DNA of 64,000 nucleotides from Planctomycetota bacterium. Lineage in GTDB: Bacteria > Planctomycetota > Planctomycetia > JALXBF01. The notes beneath the pieces are model-generated. The model ran no database searches and was not told the origin of the DNA. It saw only the letters and a list, made by a program, of their open reading frames with translations. The position numbers and the translations under genes were made by a program. The stretch spans positions 64,495-128,494 of the forward strand of contig JALXBF010000116.1 in assembly GCA_026991575.1 (NCBI GenBank), written 5' to 3'. This document shows positions 1-8,657 of the stretch, one piece after another. Position 1 is the stretch's first letter. The number at the start of each line of letters is the position of its first letter.

Positions 1-34
1 CACGCGGCTCCCGCTACCTCACTCGCGGGAGACC

Positions 35-688
35 GTGCTTGGTTTCTTCGCCAGCCTCCAGAAGGCACTGCCTGCGTTGAAGCAGCTCAGTCTCGCCGAC
101 AACGCCATCGCCCTGGAGACCGACAAGAACGATCCCTACTATCGCTGGGTGGTTCTACAGCAGGACCTGCTGGCCAGCGGTTGCACCGACCTGGAGGAGC
201 TAACTAGCGCGATGGCACAACACGAAGTCGTGCTCAACCTTGCGCCCTACCACCTCTCTATCAACCACCTCGACGTCCACTCCCTGGACGTCAGTCTCGG
301 CTTTGATTTCGTGTACCCGGGCAATCACCATGAGCTGATCGCCGAGGCGCTGGGGGGCAGCTTGCTGGAAGCCCGTGCCCTGCAACTAAGTCGGGCCAGG
401 ATCGTCGGCTTCGCGCCAGAAGTGAAATTTGCCCTGGACGACGAAGGGCAACTGGTTTGTTCGGTTGCCCTGGAGCCGCGCGGCTCTGTCAGTGAGATCT
501 GTCAGGGCCAGGCGCCGTCCGAGCCACTGGGCGTCTGGTTGGCCGTCCGCCGCAAAGGCCCGTTCGAGCCTGGCATCCCCTTCACCGACGTGCTCAAGGA
601 GCTGTCCGAGCGCGTCTTTGAGCTGGCGGACAGTTTCTTCATTCCGGCCTTCGTCGAACCGCTCGCCCGAGAAATCGCCTCGCGGTAG
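35..688 (+). CDS. hypothetical protein (frame is open back to the window start, so it may be 5'-truncated; GTG start at 35)
   Basis: 217-aa ORF with no recognisable motif. It ends 20 bp before the aminotransferase start. The reading frame has no stop between position 2 and 35. Confidence 0.35.
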   Translation: MLGFFASLQKALPALKQLSLADNAIALETDKNDPYYRWVVLQQDLLASGCTDLEELTSAMAQHEVVLNLAPYHLSINHLDVHSLDVSLGFDFVYPGNHHELIAEALGGSLLEARALQLSRARIVGFAPEVKFALDDEGQLVCSVALEPRGSVSEICQGQAPSEPLGVWLAVRRKGPFEPGIPFTDVLKELSERVFELADSFFIPAFVEPLAREIASR

Positions 689-707
689 TACCTGGAGACA
701 AGCCCCG

Positions 708-1967
708 GTGACCGTTCGGCCTAGTGCGTTCGCCCGGTCCGTTCAGCCTGAGACCGCCTTCACCGTGCTGGCCCGCGCACGCGAGCTGAAGGCGGCAGGC
801 AAGGAGATTGTTGAACTAGAAATCGGCGACAGCCCTTTTCCGACCACCGCCCACGCACGCGCTGCCGGACTGGCCGCAATCGAGCGCGGGGAAACCTTCT
901 ACGGCCCCTCACAGGGGCTGCCGGAATTCCGAGCGGCGGCGGCTCGGTTCGTCGCCGAGGAATTCGGCATCGATGCCAACCCGGACCGGATCGTCGCCGG
1001 CCATGGGGCGAAGGTGTTCGAGGTCCTATTTGCCGAGGCGTTTATCGATCCGGGCGATGGCGTTCTCGTGTTTTCACCCCAGTTCCCCACGTATGTCCCG
1101 AACCTTGCCAAACGTGGCGCGGACGTCGTACTCGCCCCCCTGGACGAAGCGCGCCACTTCCGCCCGGATCCAGAACAGGTAGCACGATTCCTGAGCAGCC
1201 ACCCCCGCCCGCGAGCCATCTTCCTCAACTCGCCCCACAACCCGACCGGGGCAGTAGCAACGGCCGAGGATCTGGCCGCCTTGGCCGACCTGGTCCGTGG
1301 CACGGACGTGGTCATCTTTAGCGATGAGCCCTACTGCCACATGGTCTGGGAGGGGCAGCACCGCTCGATTCTGGCCGAGCCGGGCATGTGGGATCACGCC
1401 GTGGCGGTGTACACGTTCTCGAAGTCGTACAGCATGAGCGGCTGGCGACTTGGGTTCGCCGTCCTGAACGAGCAGTACGCTGAGCTATTCACGCGCCTGA
1501 TCAACGTCTCGCTCTCGTGTGTCCCCCCGTTCGTGCAGCGGGCAGGAATTGCAGCCCTGCAACGAGATCGGGACGAGCGGGACCGGAACATGGCAAGGTT
1601 CCGGCAAAAGGTTGCTCGCCTCGTGCGGGGCCTCCAGCAGATCGACGGCGTGCGAGTTACGCCTCCGCGCGGTACGTTCTACGTGTTCGCAAATGTGAAG
1701 ACGCTGTGCAACCGCTACGGCATCACCTCCCACGGACTGGCATCCTACCTGCTGGAAGGTGCCTCCGATTCGTTCGGCGTCGCCTGCCTCGGAGGGGAAT
1801 GCTTCGGCGAAGCTGGGGCAGGCTACCTGCGCTTTAGCTGCGCAGAGACGGACGAGCGGATCGAACAGGCCATTCGGTTCATAGGGGAAGCAGTCTCAGA
1901 CAGCAGCCGCATCGAACGTTATCTGGCCGAGCACGGGTCCTATCGGCTGACGCAACCTTACGACTGA
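708..1967 (+). CDS. class I/II pyridoxal-phosphate aminotransferase (aspartate aminotransferase-like)
   Basis: The translation has a typical AAT-fold layout: the N-terminus reads ...ELKAAGKEIVELEIGDSPFPT, followed by NSPHNPTG and the lysine motif SKSYSMSGWRLGF. The track ORF 429..1967 overlaps the upstream gene, so I placed the start at in-frame GTG 708 with a GGAGA Shine-Dalgarno 9 nt upstream. Confidence 0.8.
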   Translation: MTVRPSAFARSVQPETAFTVLARARELKAAGKEIVELEIGDSPFPTTAHARAAGLAAIERGETFYGPSQGLPEFRAAAARFVAEEFGIDANPDRIVAGHGAKVFEVLFAEAFIDPGDGVLVFSPQFPTYVPNLAKRGADVVLAPLDEARHFRPDPEQVARFLSSHPRPRAIFLNSPHNPTGAVATAEDLAALADLVRGTDVVIFSDEPYCHMVWEGQHRSILAEPGMWDHAVAVYTFSKSYSMSGWRLGFAVLNEQYAELFTRLINVSLSCVPPFVQRAGIAALQRDRDERDRNMARFRQKVARLVRGLQQIDGVRVTPPRGTFYVFANVKTLCNRYGITSHGLASYLLEGASDSFGVACLGGECFGEAGAGYLRFSCAETDERIEQAIRFIGEAVSDSSRIERYLAEHGSYRLTQPYD

Positions 1968-4900
1968 GCGACACGGGTCCGCCGCCGGCGGCCGCTGCGT
2001 CGCTCAGTTTTCCGCCGCGGCTTCCCTGCACGGCCCCCTGCTTCCCTGGTCGGCACATCCAGGCACGTCACGTGGACCTGGTCGGCACGGATCGTCCTCT
2101 CGGCTAACTCCAGGAGGTGCTCGTGGTGGGTGAAGAAGATGACTTGTGTCTCCAGCGCAACATTGGCCAGCAGCTCCAGCGTCCGCGCGGCGCGCCGGTC
2201 ATCGAAATTCACGAGCAGGTCGTCAAGGAGCACCGGCACCGGGCCGCGCTCGCGGACAAAGTTGCGAATAGCTGCCAATCGCAGCGCCAGGAAAAGCTGG
2301 TCCCGCGTGCCGTCACTGAGTTCCTCTACCCCTACCCGATCTTCAGGTGCCTCTGAGGCTCGCAGTGCGACGAGCGCCTCGCCGTCCGGTTCAACCCTCG
2401 TATAGCTGCCACAGGTCATCTCCCTGAAGAACTCTGACGCATTCCGCCAGAACTGCGCGTCGGCCCGCTCGCGGTACTTGTCGACAAGCCGGTCGAACAG
2501 TGTTAGAGCCGCCCGCATGACGATGTACTCGTGAGCCGCATCGAGCGCTTCGGCCAGCGCCCCTTCAGCCTGCTGTGCAATGGCTGCCGCCTGGTCCCCG
2601 GCCTGCTCCAGCGCTCGAAACTGCTCTTCGGCGCGGGTAAGCTCAGCCTGGGCCTCGTAGATTTCCTGCTCCAGCCGCTGCAGCTCGTGCGCGAGCTGCT
2701 CCATTTCAGCGTCCAGCTCCGCTTTGTCCCTCGTAGCAAGCTCTGCCACCAAGCTCGCGGCGTCCTGCGCTGGAGCTAACTCCTCTATCTGGCTGGCCAA
2801 CGCGTCCAGCTCGGCTTGAAGCTGGCTTTTTTGGATGATCGCCTCCAGCGCTTCGACTAGCTCCTTCGCTCCGGCCAAGCCCAGTTTCGCCGCGTGCTCG
2901 GTAAGCACGCCGTCAATCCGTTCCAGCGCGCGGCCTGCTTCGTCGAGCGTGGCCGCCAGCTCCGCTGCCGCTTTCCGCCGCTCCTGCTGTTCTGCGCGCA
3001 AGCGAGCGACCTCCTTGCAAGCGCTCTGCAGCGTGTCCAGTCGACTCGTCAGTTTGCCGCGTCCCAGGTACTGGCCCAAGCCACCAGGGCCGCCGATCCG
3101 GTCCACTTCCAGCCAGAACTCCTTCAAGGTACGTGCTTCCGGTCGGAAGTCGTCGTAACTGCGCTTCCAGACCTCCCAGCGGCGCACCAGCCGCTGAAGC
3201 ACGCCCAGCACTGCAGCCACCGCTGCCGGATCCTCCGGTTCGGCCGCCCCTAGGGGCTCCAGCAGCCTCTGCAACTCTTGCACGAGCCGTCGGTAGTCCG
3301 CCTCTGCACGCGCCCGCTCCGCCTCCGCGGCGGCTAGCTCCCGGTTGGCGGCTTCCAGCTCCAGCCGTATCCGCTCGTGGCGGGCTGCCCGTTCCTCGTG
3401 CTTCTCCAGGTCGCGATCCATGGCTTCCAAGTCGGTACGTAGTCGCGCAAGCGATTCGAAGCTTTCAGGGCCGTCGAACGCTACCTCAAGTTCCTGAAGC
3501 GCCGGGGTCAGCCGCGCCACGGTCTCGCTGAGGCGAGCCTGTGCATCCTGCAGCGACTCCGCTTGCCGGAGTGCTTCCGTAAACGTGCGCAACCACGCGT
3601 CGGCCTCGTCGAGCTGGACCGATTCCGGGATGATCGTCTCCCTGGTTAGCCTGCACCATTCGTCGATGATTTCACGCGCCTCGGTTTCGCAAGCATTCAG
3701 CTCCTTGTGCTGGCGTTCGATCTCGGCGGCGATCTCTTGATAGCGCCTGTCTGCAGCCGCCAGCCGCTCTGCTGCCCGGATTGCTTCGCACAGTCCGTCG
3801 CTGAGGAGATCCACCTTTGCAACCTGTTGCTTTAGCTTCGCAAGGAGTTCGCGTGCCGCGTCGAGCTGCTCACTAAGCCGGTTCGCCGAGGCCTCGCCTG
3901 CCTGCGGTGGTGTCAGCGCCCGGTCCAGGCGGCGCAGCAACTCGTCCCGGTTCGCCCGCTCTTCCAGCAGCACGTCCCGCGTCACCATCCCCTGGCTGCC
4001 ACGCAGTCTGACAATCTCCCGCTCCGGCCCCTTCAGCTCCTGATCCAGCCGACTCAGCTGGTCGTTGATCTCAGCCTTCTTGCGCCGCAGGGAACCGAGG
4101 CGGTCGTGCAACTGCTCGATACGTCTCTGCACATGGACCGGCAAGCCAACGATTTGCTCGGCGTTCGTCTCTTCGGGTAGTTCCAAGCGGGCAAGCACGG
4201 CAGCTAACTTGCGGCGGTGCTGCTGGACCTGCTCTAGCTGCTGCCAGACCTCGTCCAGTCGCACTAGGGCATTAGAAAGCTGCCGTCGGCGGTGCTGAAC
4301 CGCCTTGGGATCGAGAGCTGAACCACAGGCGGCCAGCCGTTGCTCAAGCTGCTCCTGTCTCCTTTTCGCCTGCTCGTGCCGTTGCCGCGCGGCGATGACG
4401 GCCTGCACCGGAGCGTACTTGGTCGCCGTATCCTCCGGCCACTGGCGAGCAAGCTCCTCCAGATAGGCGAGCGCCCGACGGAACGGAATAGGCTTTACGC
4501 CTAGCTGCTGCAGGTCGGCGCGCAGCTCGCGGGCAATTCCCCGTAACCTCTGGGCCGTTGCTGGCAGCGACTTTGCCAGCCCAGCTGCCACAGTGGCACG
4601 GCTGATGAGCGGCTCGAGCTCGTCGGTCGGAACGCCCGCCAGCGAGCGTCTCAGGGGGGACGCACTGAGGCGGTTCTCGAGCTCTTGGAGCTGGCTCTTG
4701 TGGACCAGGAACTGCTCGCGAAGCGTGTCGATTCGCTCTTGCAATCGCTTTCGGTCGACACAGAGCTGACGCAGTCGGTTGCAAAGCGTCTCGGAAGCGG
4801 TCGGCACCCCGGCCAGCTGGTCGAACTTTCGCTGGAGGTCACGGTATCTCTGCGCCAGATCGAGCAGGAGGCGTTCTGCCCTGGCCTTGTCGAGTTGCTG

Positions 4901-5593
4901 CTGGAGCGCCCCCCTCCTGGCACGCAGCTGCTCGACAACGTCTTTCTGCTTCTCGACCCGTTGCCGCGCCTCGGTCCATACCTTGAAATCGAGCTGCGCC
5001 CGCCGTGCCTCACGCTTTCGCTCGGCGATTTCGCCCAACAGTTTGTTGATCTTTGGGTTCCTGGCACGGGGCTTGAACAGCGCGTCCAGCTCCGCCATGA
5101 GCTTCTGGCGGATCTCCTCGACGTGCAGCAGGCCGGCTGCTGCCCCAAGAAGCACGGGACCGGTCCGGCCCTTAGCACGTCCGATCTCCGCGCCCCCCTG
5201 CCGCAGGATGGTATGGTCCAGGCAAAAGATGTGCTCGTAGTCCTCCTTGGACAAGTGATGCAGCAACCGGGCCAGGTCATCTGTCGTGAACGGGTCGGTG
5301 GTACCGATCGGCTCCGGTTCGCGTCGCGAAGCGGTTCGCCGGAGGTGCCACTCCCGACCGCTTCCATCGACCAGATGCACGACCACGGCGGCCTTCTGCC
5401 GTCCGAAGACCGACGTGTCCGGATCGTCCCGCGTCTGGAAGCCGAACAGGAACTTCAGCACAGCCCGCCGCGCCGTGCTCTTGCCGGCCTCGTTTGGTCC
5501 GTAGATGAGGTTCAGCTTCCCCCGGCCGGCAAGCTCGATCACCTGTTGCGGGAACACTCCGAAACGATGCAGTTCCAGCCGCCTGATTTCCAT
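1958..5593 (-). CDS. SMC/Rad50/SbcC-like AAA ATPase with a long coiled coil (YhaN-like)
   Basis: Walker A motif GPNEAGKST is at the N-terminus. About 900 aa of heptad-like Q/E/R/L-rich coiled coil follow. The C-terminus carries an ABC signature and D-loop (LSDGTRDQLFLALRLA ... VLLDDLLVNFDD). It lies immediately downstream of the phosphoesterase gene. Confidence 0.8.
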   Translation of the reverse strand: MEIRRLELHRFGVFPQQVIELAGRGKLNLIYGPNEAGKSTARRAVLKFLFGFQTRDDPDTSVFGRQKAAVVVHLVDGSGREWHLRRTASRREPEPIGTTDPFTTDDLARLLHHLSKEDYEHIFCLDHTILRQGGAEIGRAKGRTGPVLLGAAAGLLHVEEIRQKLMAELDALFKPRARNPKINKLLGEIAERKREARRAQLDFKVWTEARQRVEKQKDVVEQLRARRGALQQQLDKARAERLLLDLAQRYRDLQRKFDQLAGVPTASETLCNRLRQLCVDRKRLQERIDTLREQFLVHKSQLQELENRLSASPLRRSLAGVPTDELEPLISRATVAAGLAKSLPATAQRLRGIARELRADLQQLGVKPIPFRRALAYLEELARQWPEDTATKYAPVQAVIAARQRHEQAKRRQEQLEQRLAACGSALDPKAVQHRRRQLSNALVRLDEVWQQLEQVQQHRRKLAAVLARLELPEETNAEQIVGLPVHVQRRIEQLHDRLGSLRRKKAEINDQLSRLDQELKGPEREIVRLRGSQGMVTRDVLLEERANRDELLRRLDRALTPPQAGEASANRLSEQLDAARELLAKLKQQVAKVDLLSDGLCEAIRAAERLAAADRRYQEIAAEIERQHKELNACETEAREIIDEWCRLTRETIIPESVQLDEADAWLRTFTEALRQAESLQDAQARLSETVARLTPALQELEVAFDGPESFESLARLRTDLEAMDRDLEKHEERAARHERIRLELEAANRELAAAEAERARAEADYRRLVQELQRLLEPLGAAEPEDPAAVAAVLGVLQRLVRRWEVWKRSYDDFRPEARTLKEFWLEVDRIGGPGGLGQYLGRGKLTSRLDTLQSACKEVARLRAEQQERRKAAAELAATLDEAGRALERIDGVLTEHAAKLGLAGAKELVEALEAIIQKSQLQAELDALASQIEELAPAQDAASLVAELATRDKAELDAEMEQLAHELQRLEQEIYEAQAELTRAEEQFRALEQAGDQAAAIAQQAEGALAEALDAAHEYIVMRAALTLFDRLVDKYRERADAQFWRNASEFFREMTCGSYTRVEPDGEALVALRASEAPEDRVGVEELSDGTRDQLFLALRLAAIRNFVRERGPVPVLLDDLLVNFDDRRAARTLELLANVALETQVIFFTHHEHLLELAERTIRADQVHVTCLDVPTREAGGRAGKPRRKTERRSGRRRRTRVAQS

Positions 5594-5633
5594 CGTCCTC
5601 TCTCGCTGTCGCGCCGGCCGCTGAGAGCAGCCG

Positions 5634-6887
5634 CTAGGCTTCCCTCAAGAGCGCGTCCAAATAGGCACGAGCGGATAGTAGCAGTTCCCTGCCCGTCTGC
5701 TCACGCCACCACTGCTCCACACGCTCGGGATCCATGACTCTGGCCAGTCCCCTGCGCAGTGCGTCGATTTCTTTGCTGCCCACCAACTCCGTGATCTCCT
5801 GTTGCGCAATGGCGTTCTCGCTGGTCAGCTCGGCAAGCAGCTCTTGCCAGATCGCGCCGACCGTGCCCCGGCGCTCGGGCAGCTGCGTCTGCACCCGGAT
5901 GTCTTCGATCCAGACGCTTTCGGAGAGCTGCTGCGCAAGTTGGCGCGCCTCGGCTTTGAGTCGGCTCCGGCCGAGGCGAAGCTGCCCGTCCAAAGCGGTC
6001 GCTCCGGCCAGCACGACGCGAACCGCAAGAAGCTCTTCCTCTACCACGCTGGAAACCGCTTCCGACAGCCGCTGCTCGATGCGGTCCAACACGTCGCTGA
6101 ACTGGCGTGCGTCTGTAACGGGAACGTTGAGCAGTTCCCATCGAATCTTGTGGGTCAGCAGCCGCTGAAGGCGGACGTTGCCGGCTGCGTCGATGTCAAC
6201 CAGCACGGCTCCTTTCGGCCCTGTTTCTCGGATGTGCCTGCCCTGCGTGTTGCCTGCAAAGACCACGCGGCCGTCGGTACCCTGAACCACTTCAAACTGG
6301 TGCACGTGCCCCAGGGCCCAGTAGTGGTAGCCTTTCTCGAGCAGATGATCCGGGTGACAGGGGGCGTAAGGCTCATGCCCCTCACGGCCGTTTAGCGCCG
6401 TGTGCAGCAGTCCGACGTTGATCATCCCTTGCTCGGCGGCCGGATAATGGGCAGCTAGGTTCCGGTCCATGCGGGCTGTCGCATAGCTCTGGCCATGCAC
6501 GACGAGGTCATACTTCGGGAAGCGGACCGACTCGGGCTTCTCATGCTGCAGGATGTAGCAGTGCTCCGGCGGACGCAGGCCGCGCGTGATGCGATGCGCT
6601 GCGTCATGGTTACCGCGAATGCAGACGACTGGGATACCTTCGCGGATGAGCCGGCCGATCTGCTGCAGGAAGAACAGACCGGTGTTCCAGTCCTGCCAGT
6701 CCCCCTCGTAGATGTCGCCCGCAATGATGACCACGTGCACCTGGTGGTCGAGCGCAAGCTCGACCATCCGCGCAAGCGCGTCGCGCGTGGCCCGTGCGGG
6801 ATCATAGTCGGGGGCACCAGGATAGCGCTGTAGCCCCCGTAAGCGGCTGTCAAGATGTAGATCGGCGGCGTGCAGGATCCGTGTCAT
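5634..6887 (-). CDS. metallophosphoesterase DNA-repair exonuclease (SbcD/Mre11/YhaO-like)
   Basis: Calcineurin-like motifs are present: HAADLHLD, GDIYEG, GNHD and GHVH. It is 417 aa and sits upstream of, and co-oriented with, the SMC-like ATPase. Confidence 0.8.
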   Translation of the reverse strand: MTRILHAADLHLDSRLRGLQRYPGAPDYDPARATRDALARMVELALDHQVHVVIIAGDIYEGDWQDWNTGLFFLQQIGRLIREGIPVVCIRGNHDAAHRITRGLRPPEHCYILQHEKPESVRFPKYDLVVHGQSYATARMDRNLAAHYPAAEQGMINVGLLHTALNGREGHEPYAPCHPDHLLEKGYHYWALGHVHQFEVVQGTDGRVVFAGNTQGRHIRETGPKGAVLVDIDAAGNVRLQRLLTHKIRWELLNVPVTDARQFSDVLDRIEQRLSEAVSSVVEEELLAVRVVLAGATALDGQLRLGRSRLKAEARQLAQQLSESVWIEDIRVQTQLPERRGTVGAIWQELLAELTSENAIAQQEITELVGSKEIDALRRGLARVMDPERVEQWWREQTGRELLLSARAYLDALLREA

Positions 6888-7043
6888 GCCCCCGTACCGC
6901 TGTCAACGCGTGCGCTGCAGTTCCAACGCCGAGCGGTGGCCCATCCGTTCTGGATGATACTACGCCTGCAAGCGCGCAAAGGAAAACGGAGCACGCGCCC
7001 GGCAGCGCCTGCTCCGTATCTTGCTCGCCTGCGGGTGACTGGT

Positions 7044-8216
7044 CTAGCCCCGTTGCGCCAGCGGCACGTAGCGGCGCTCGGCAGGGCCGACGTACGCGGC
7101 ACGGGGCCGGATGATCCGATTGTCCGCCTGCTGCTCCAGAATGTGTGCCGTCCAACCTGCGGTCCGGCTCGACGCGAACACGCACGTGAACAGATCCCAC
7201 GGAATCCCTAACGACGCTTCGACAACCGCCGCGTAGTAGTCCACGTTGCAGGCAAGCTGCTTTTCCTGCTTCATGATGTTTTCGACTTCAAGGGCAATGT
7301 CGTACAGCTTTGACTTGCCCGACCGTTCGGCAAGCTGCTTGGCCCACTCACGCAGGTGCGTAGCCCGCGGGTCTTCGACCTTGTAGACCCGGTGCCCAAA
7401 GCCCATGATCTTCTCTTTGCGTGCCAGTCGCTCCTTGATGTAGCTCTCGGCGTTCTTCACATCGCCGATTTCCTCCAGCATCAGGTACACCCGCGGGGCA
7501 GCACCGCCGTGCAGGGGTCCCTTCAACGCGCCGATCGCTCCCGTGACCGCCGAGTAGGTATCCGAGAGCGTGGAGGCGATGACACGGCCGGTGAAGGTGC
7601 TTGCGTTGAAGCCGTGCTCGGCATGGAGCACGAAAACCAGGTCCATCGCGCGAGCCTCTACCTCGTCAGGCTTGCGACCGTTGAGCATGTAGAAGAAGTT
7701 GGCCGCATGGCCCAGCTCTGGGTCGGGATCGACGATCTCTTCGCCAAGCCGGGTGCGGTGGATGGCGGCAACCAGCGTCGGGACCTTGGCCGTCAGCCGG
7801 ATCGCCTTGCGGTAGTTCGCCTCCATGCTGTTGTCCTCAGCCTCGGCGTCGAACGGAGCGAGTGCCGAGACGGCGGTGCGCAGCGTTACCATCGGCAACG
7901 CGTCCTTCGGTTGCCGGCGGACTAGGTCGAGCACGTCGTGCGGAACCGCGCGCTCCTGCGTCAGCTGGCCGCGCACCTTTTCCAGCTCACTCTGCGTGGG
8001 CAGCTCCCCGTTCCAGAGCAGGTAGGCCGTCTCCTCGAACGTGGAGCGCTCGGCCAGATCGTGGATGTTGTAACCCCGGTACAGCAGCTTGCCTTGCAAG
8101 CCGTCGATGAAGCAGATGCTGCTTTCTGCGGCGATAACGTTCTCCAACCCTTTGGCAACCGGGGCCGTCGTGTTCGGTTGTGTCTGGCTCATGAGGCCCT
8201 CCACCTGTTCAGCCAT
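7044..8216 (-). CDS. gltA: citrate synthase
   Basis: Citrate synthase signatures include GYNIHDL, the MGFGHRVYK histidine loop and NVDYYAA. The track ORF carries a low-complexity N-terminal extension, so I chose the internal ATG at 8216 (MAEQVEGL...), giving about 391 aa. Confidence 0.85.
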   Translation of the reverse strand: MAEQVEGLMSQTQPNTTAPVAKGLENVIAAESSICFIDGLQGKLLYRGYNIHDLAERSTFEETAYLLWNGELPTQSELEKVRGQLTQERAVPHDVLDLVRRQPKDALPMVTLRTAVSALAPFDAEAEDNSMEANYRKAIRLTAKVPTLVAAIHRTRLGEEIVDPDPELGHAANFFYMLNGRKPDEVEARAMDLVFVLHAEHGFNASTFTGRVIASTLSDTYSAVTGAIGALKGPLHGGAAPRVYLMLEEIGDVKNAESYIKERLARKEKIMGFGHRVYKVEDPRATHLREWAKQLAERSGKSKLYDIALEVENIMKQEKQLACNVDYYAAVVEASLGIPWDLFTCVFASSRTAGWTAHILEQQADNRIIRPRAAYVGPAERRYVPLAQRG

Positions 8217-8657
8217 ACCGTTCGCACCAGAACCGCCGCATCCGGCCCAGCAAAGTTTGTGCCAGCTGGCGGGCGAAGACCCCGGAAGTATACCACGCGG
8301 CAGCCGTGACGCAAACCACCAGCCGGCCCCAACAGTCGCAGCAACAGAGGCTGGCGTGGTCCTGCCGATTGGCAAAACAGGGCAAACCAGCCGTGCCGTC
8401 GGCCACGCTACTGCGGCCGCCATGGCCTCCGGCGGCGACGTCCATTCTAGGCAAACTGCCGCCAGCTGCAGCTACCCTCCTGAAGCACGCTTTCGGCGAA
8501 CACCTGTAAGCACCGTTAAGCCCCGGCTCCTGCAAGGCACCAACACCAGATCGTCTCCAGCCATGCTGGCGTTGCCCGACTCCAGCCATTGTGCTAGCGT
8601 GATCGCGCGGTTTGTGTCGATGGGAACGTTCGAACGCACGGAGAAACGGACGCCAAC

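Noticed and set aside
4685-5737. 350-aa plus-strand ORF, together with many other 100-350 aa ORFs antisense to or out of frame with strong genes (for example 36516..37451, 36835..37764, 33428..34465, 21541..22491, 53514..54377, 17334..18263)
   Set aside because: They overlap confidently assigned genes on the opposite strand or in another frame, and their translations are Arg/Ala/Pro-rich low-complexity sequence typical of GC-rich DNA. The co-located genes have clear catalytic motifs.
7044-8423. Full-length track ORF for citrate synthase with a 69-aa N-terminal extension
   Set aside because: The extension is low-complexity (Gly/Ala/Trp/Cys-rich) and absent from citrate synthases. The internal ATG 8216 gives a canonical N-terminus.
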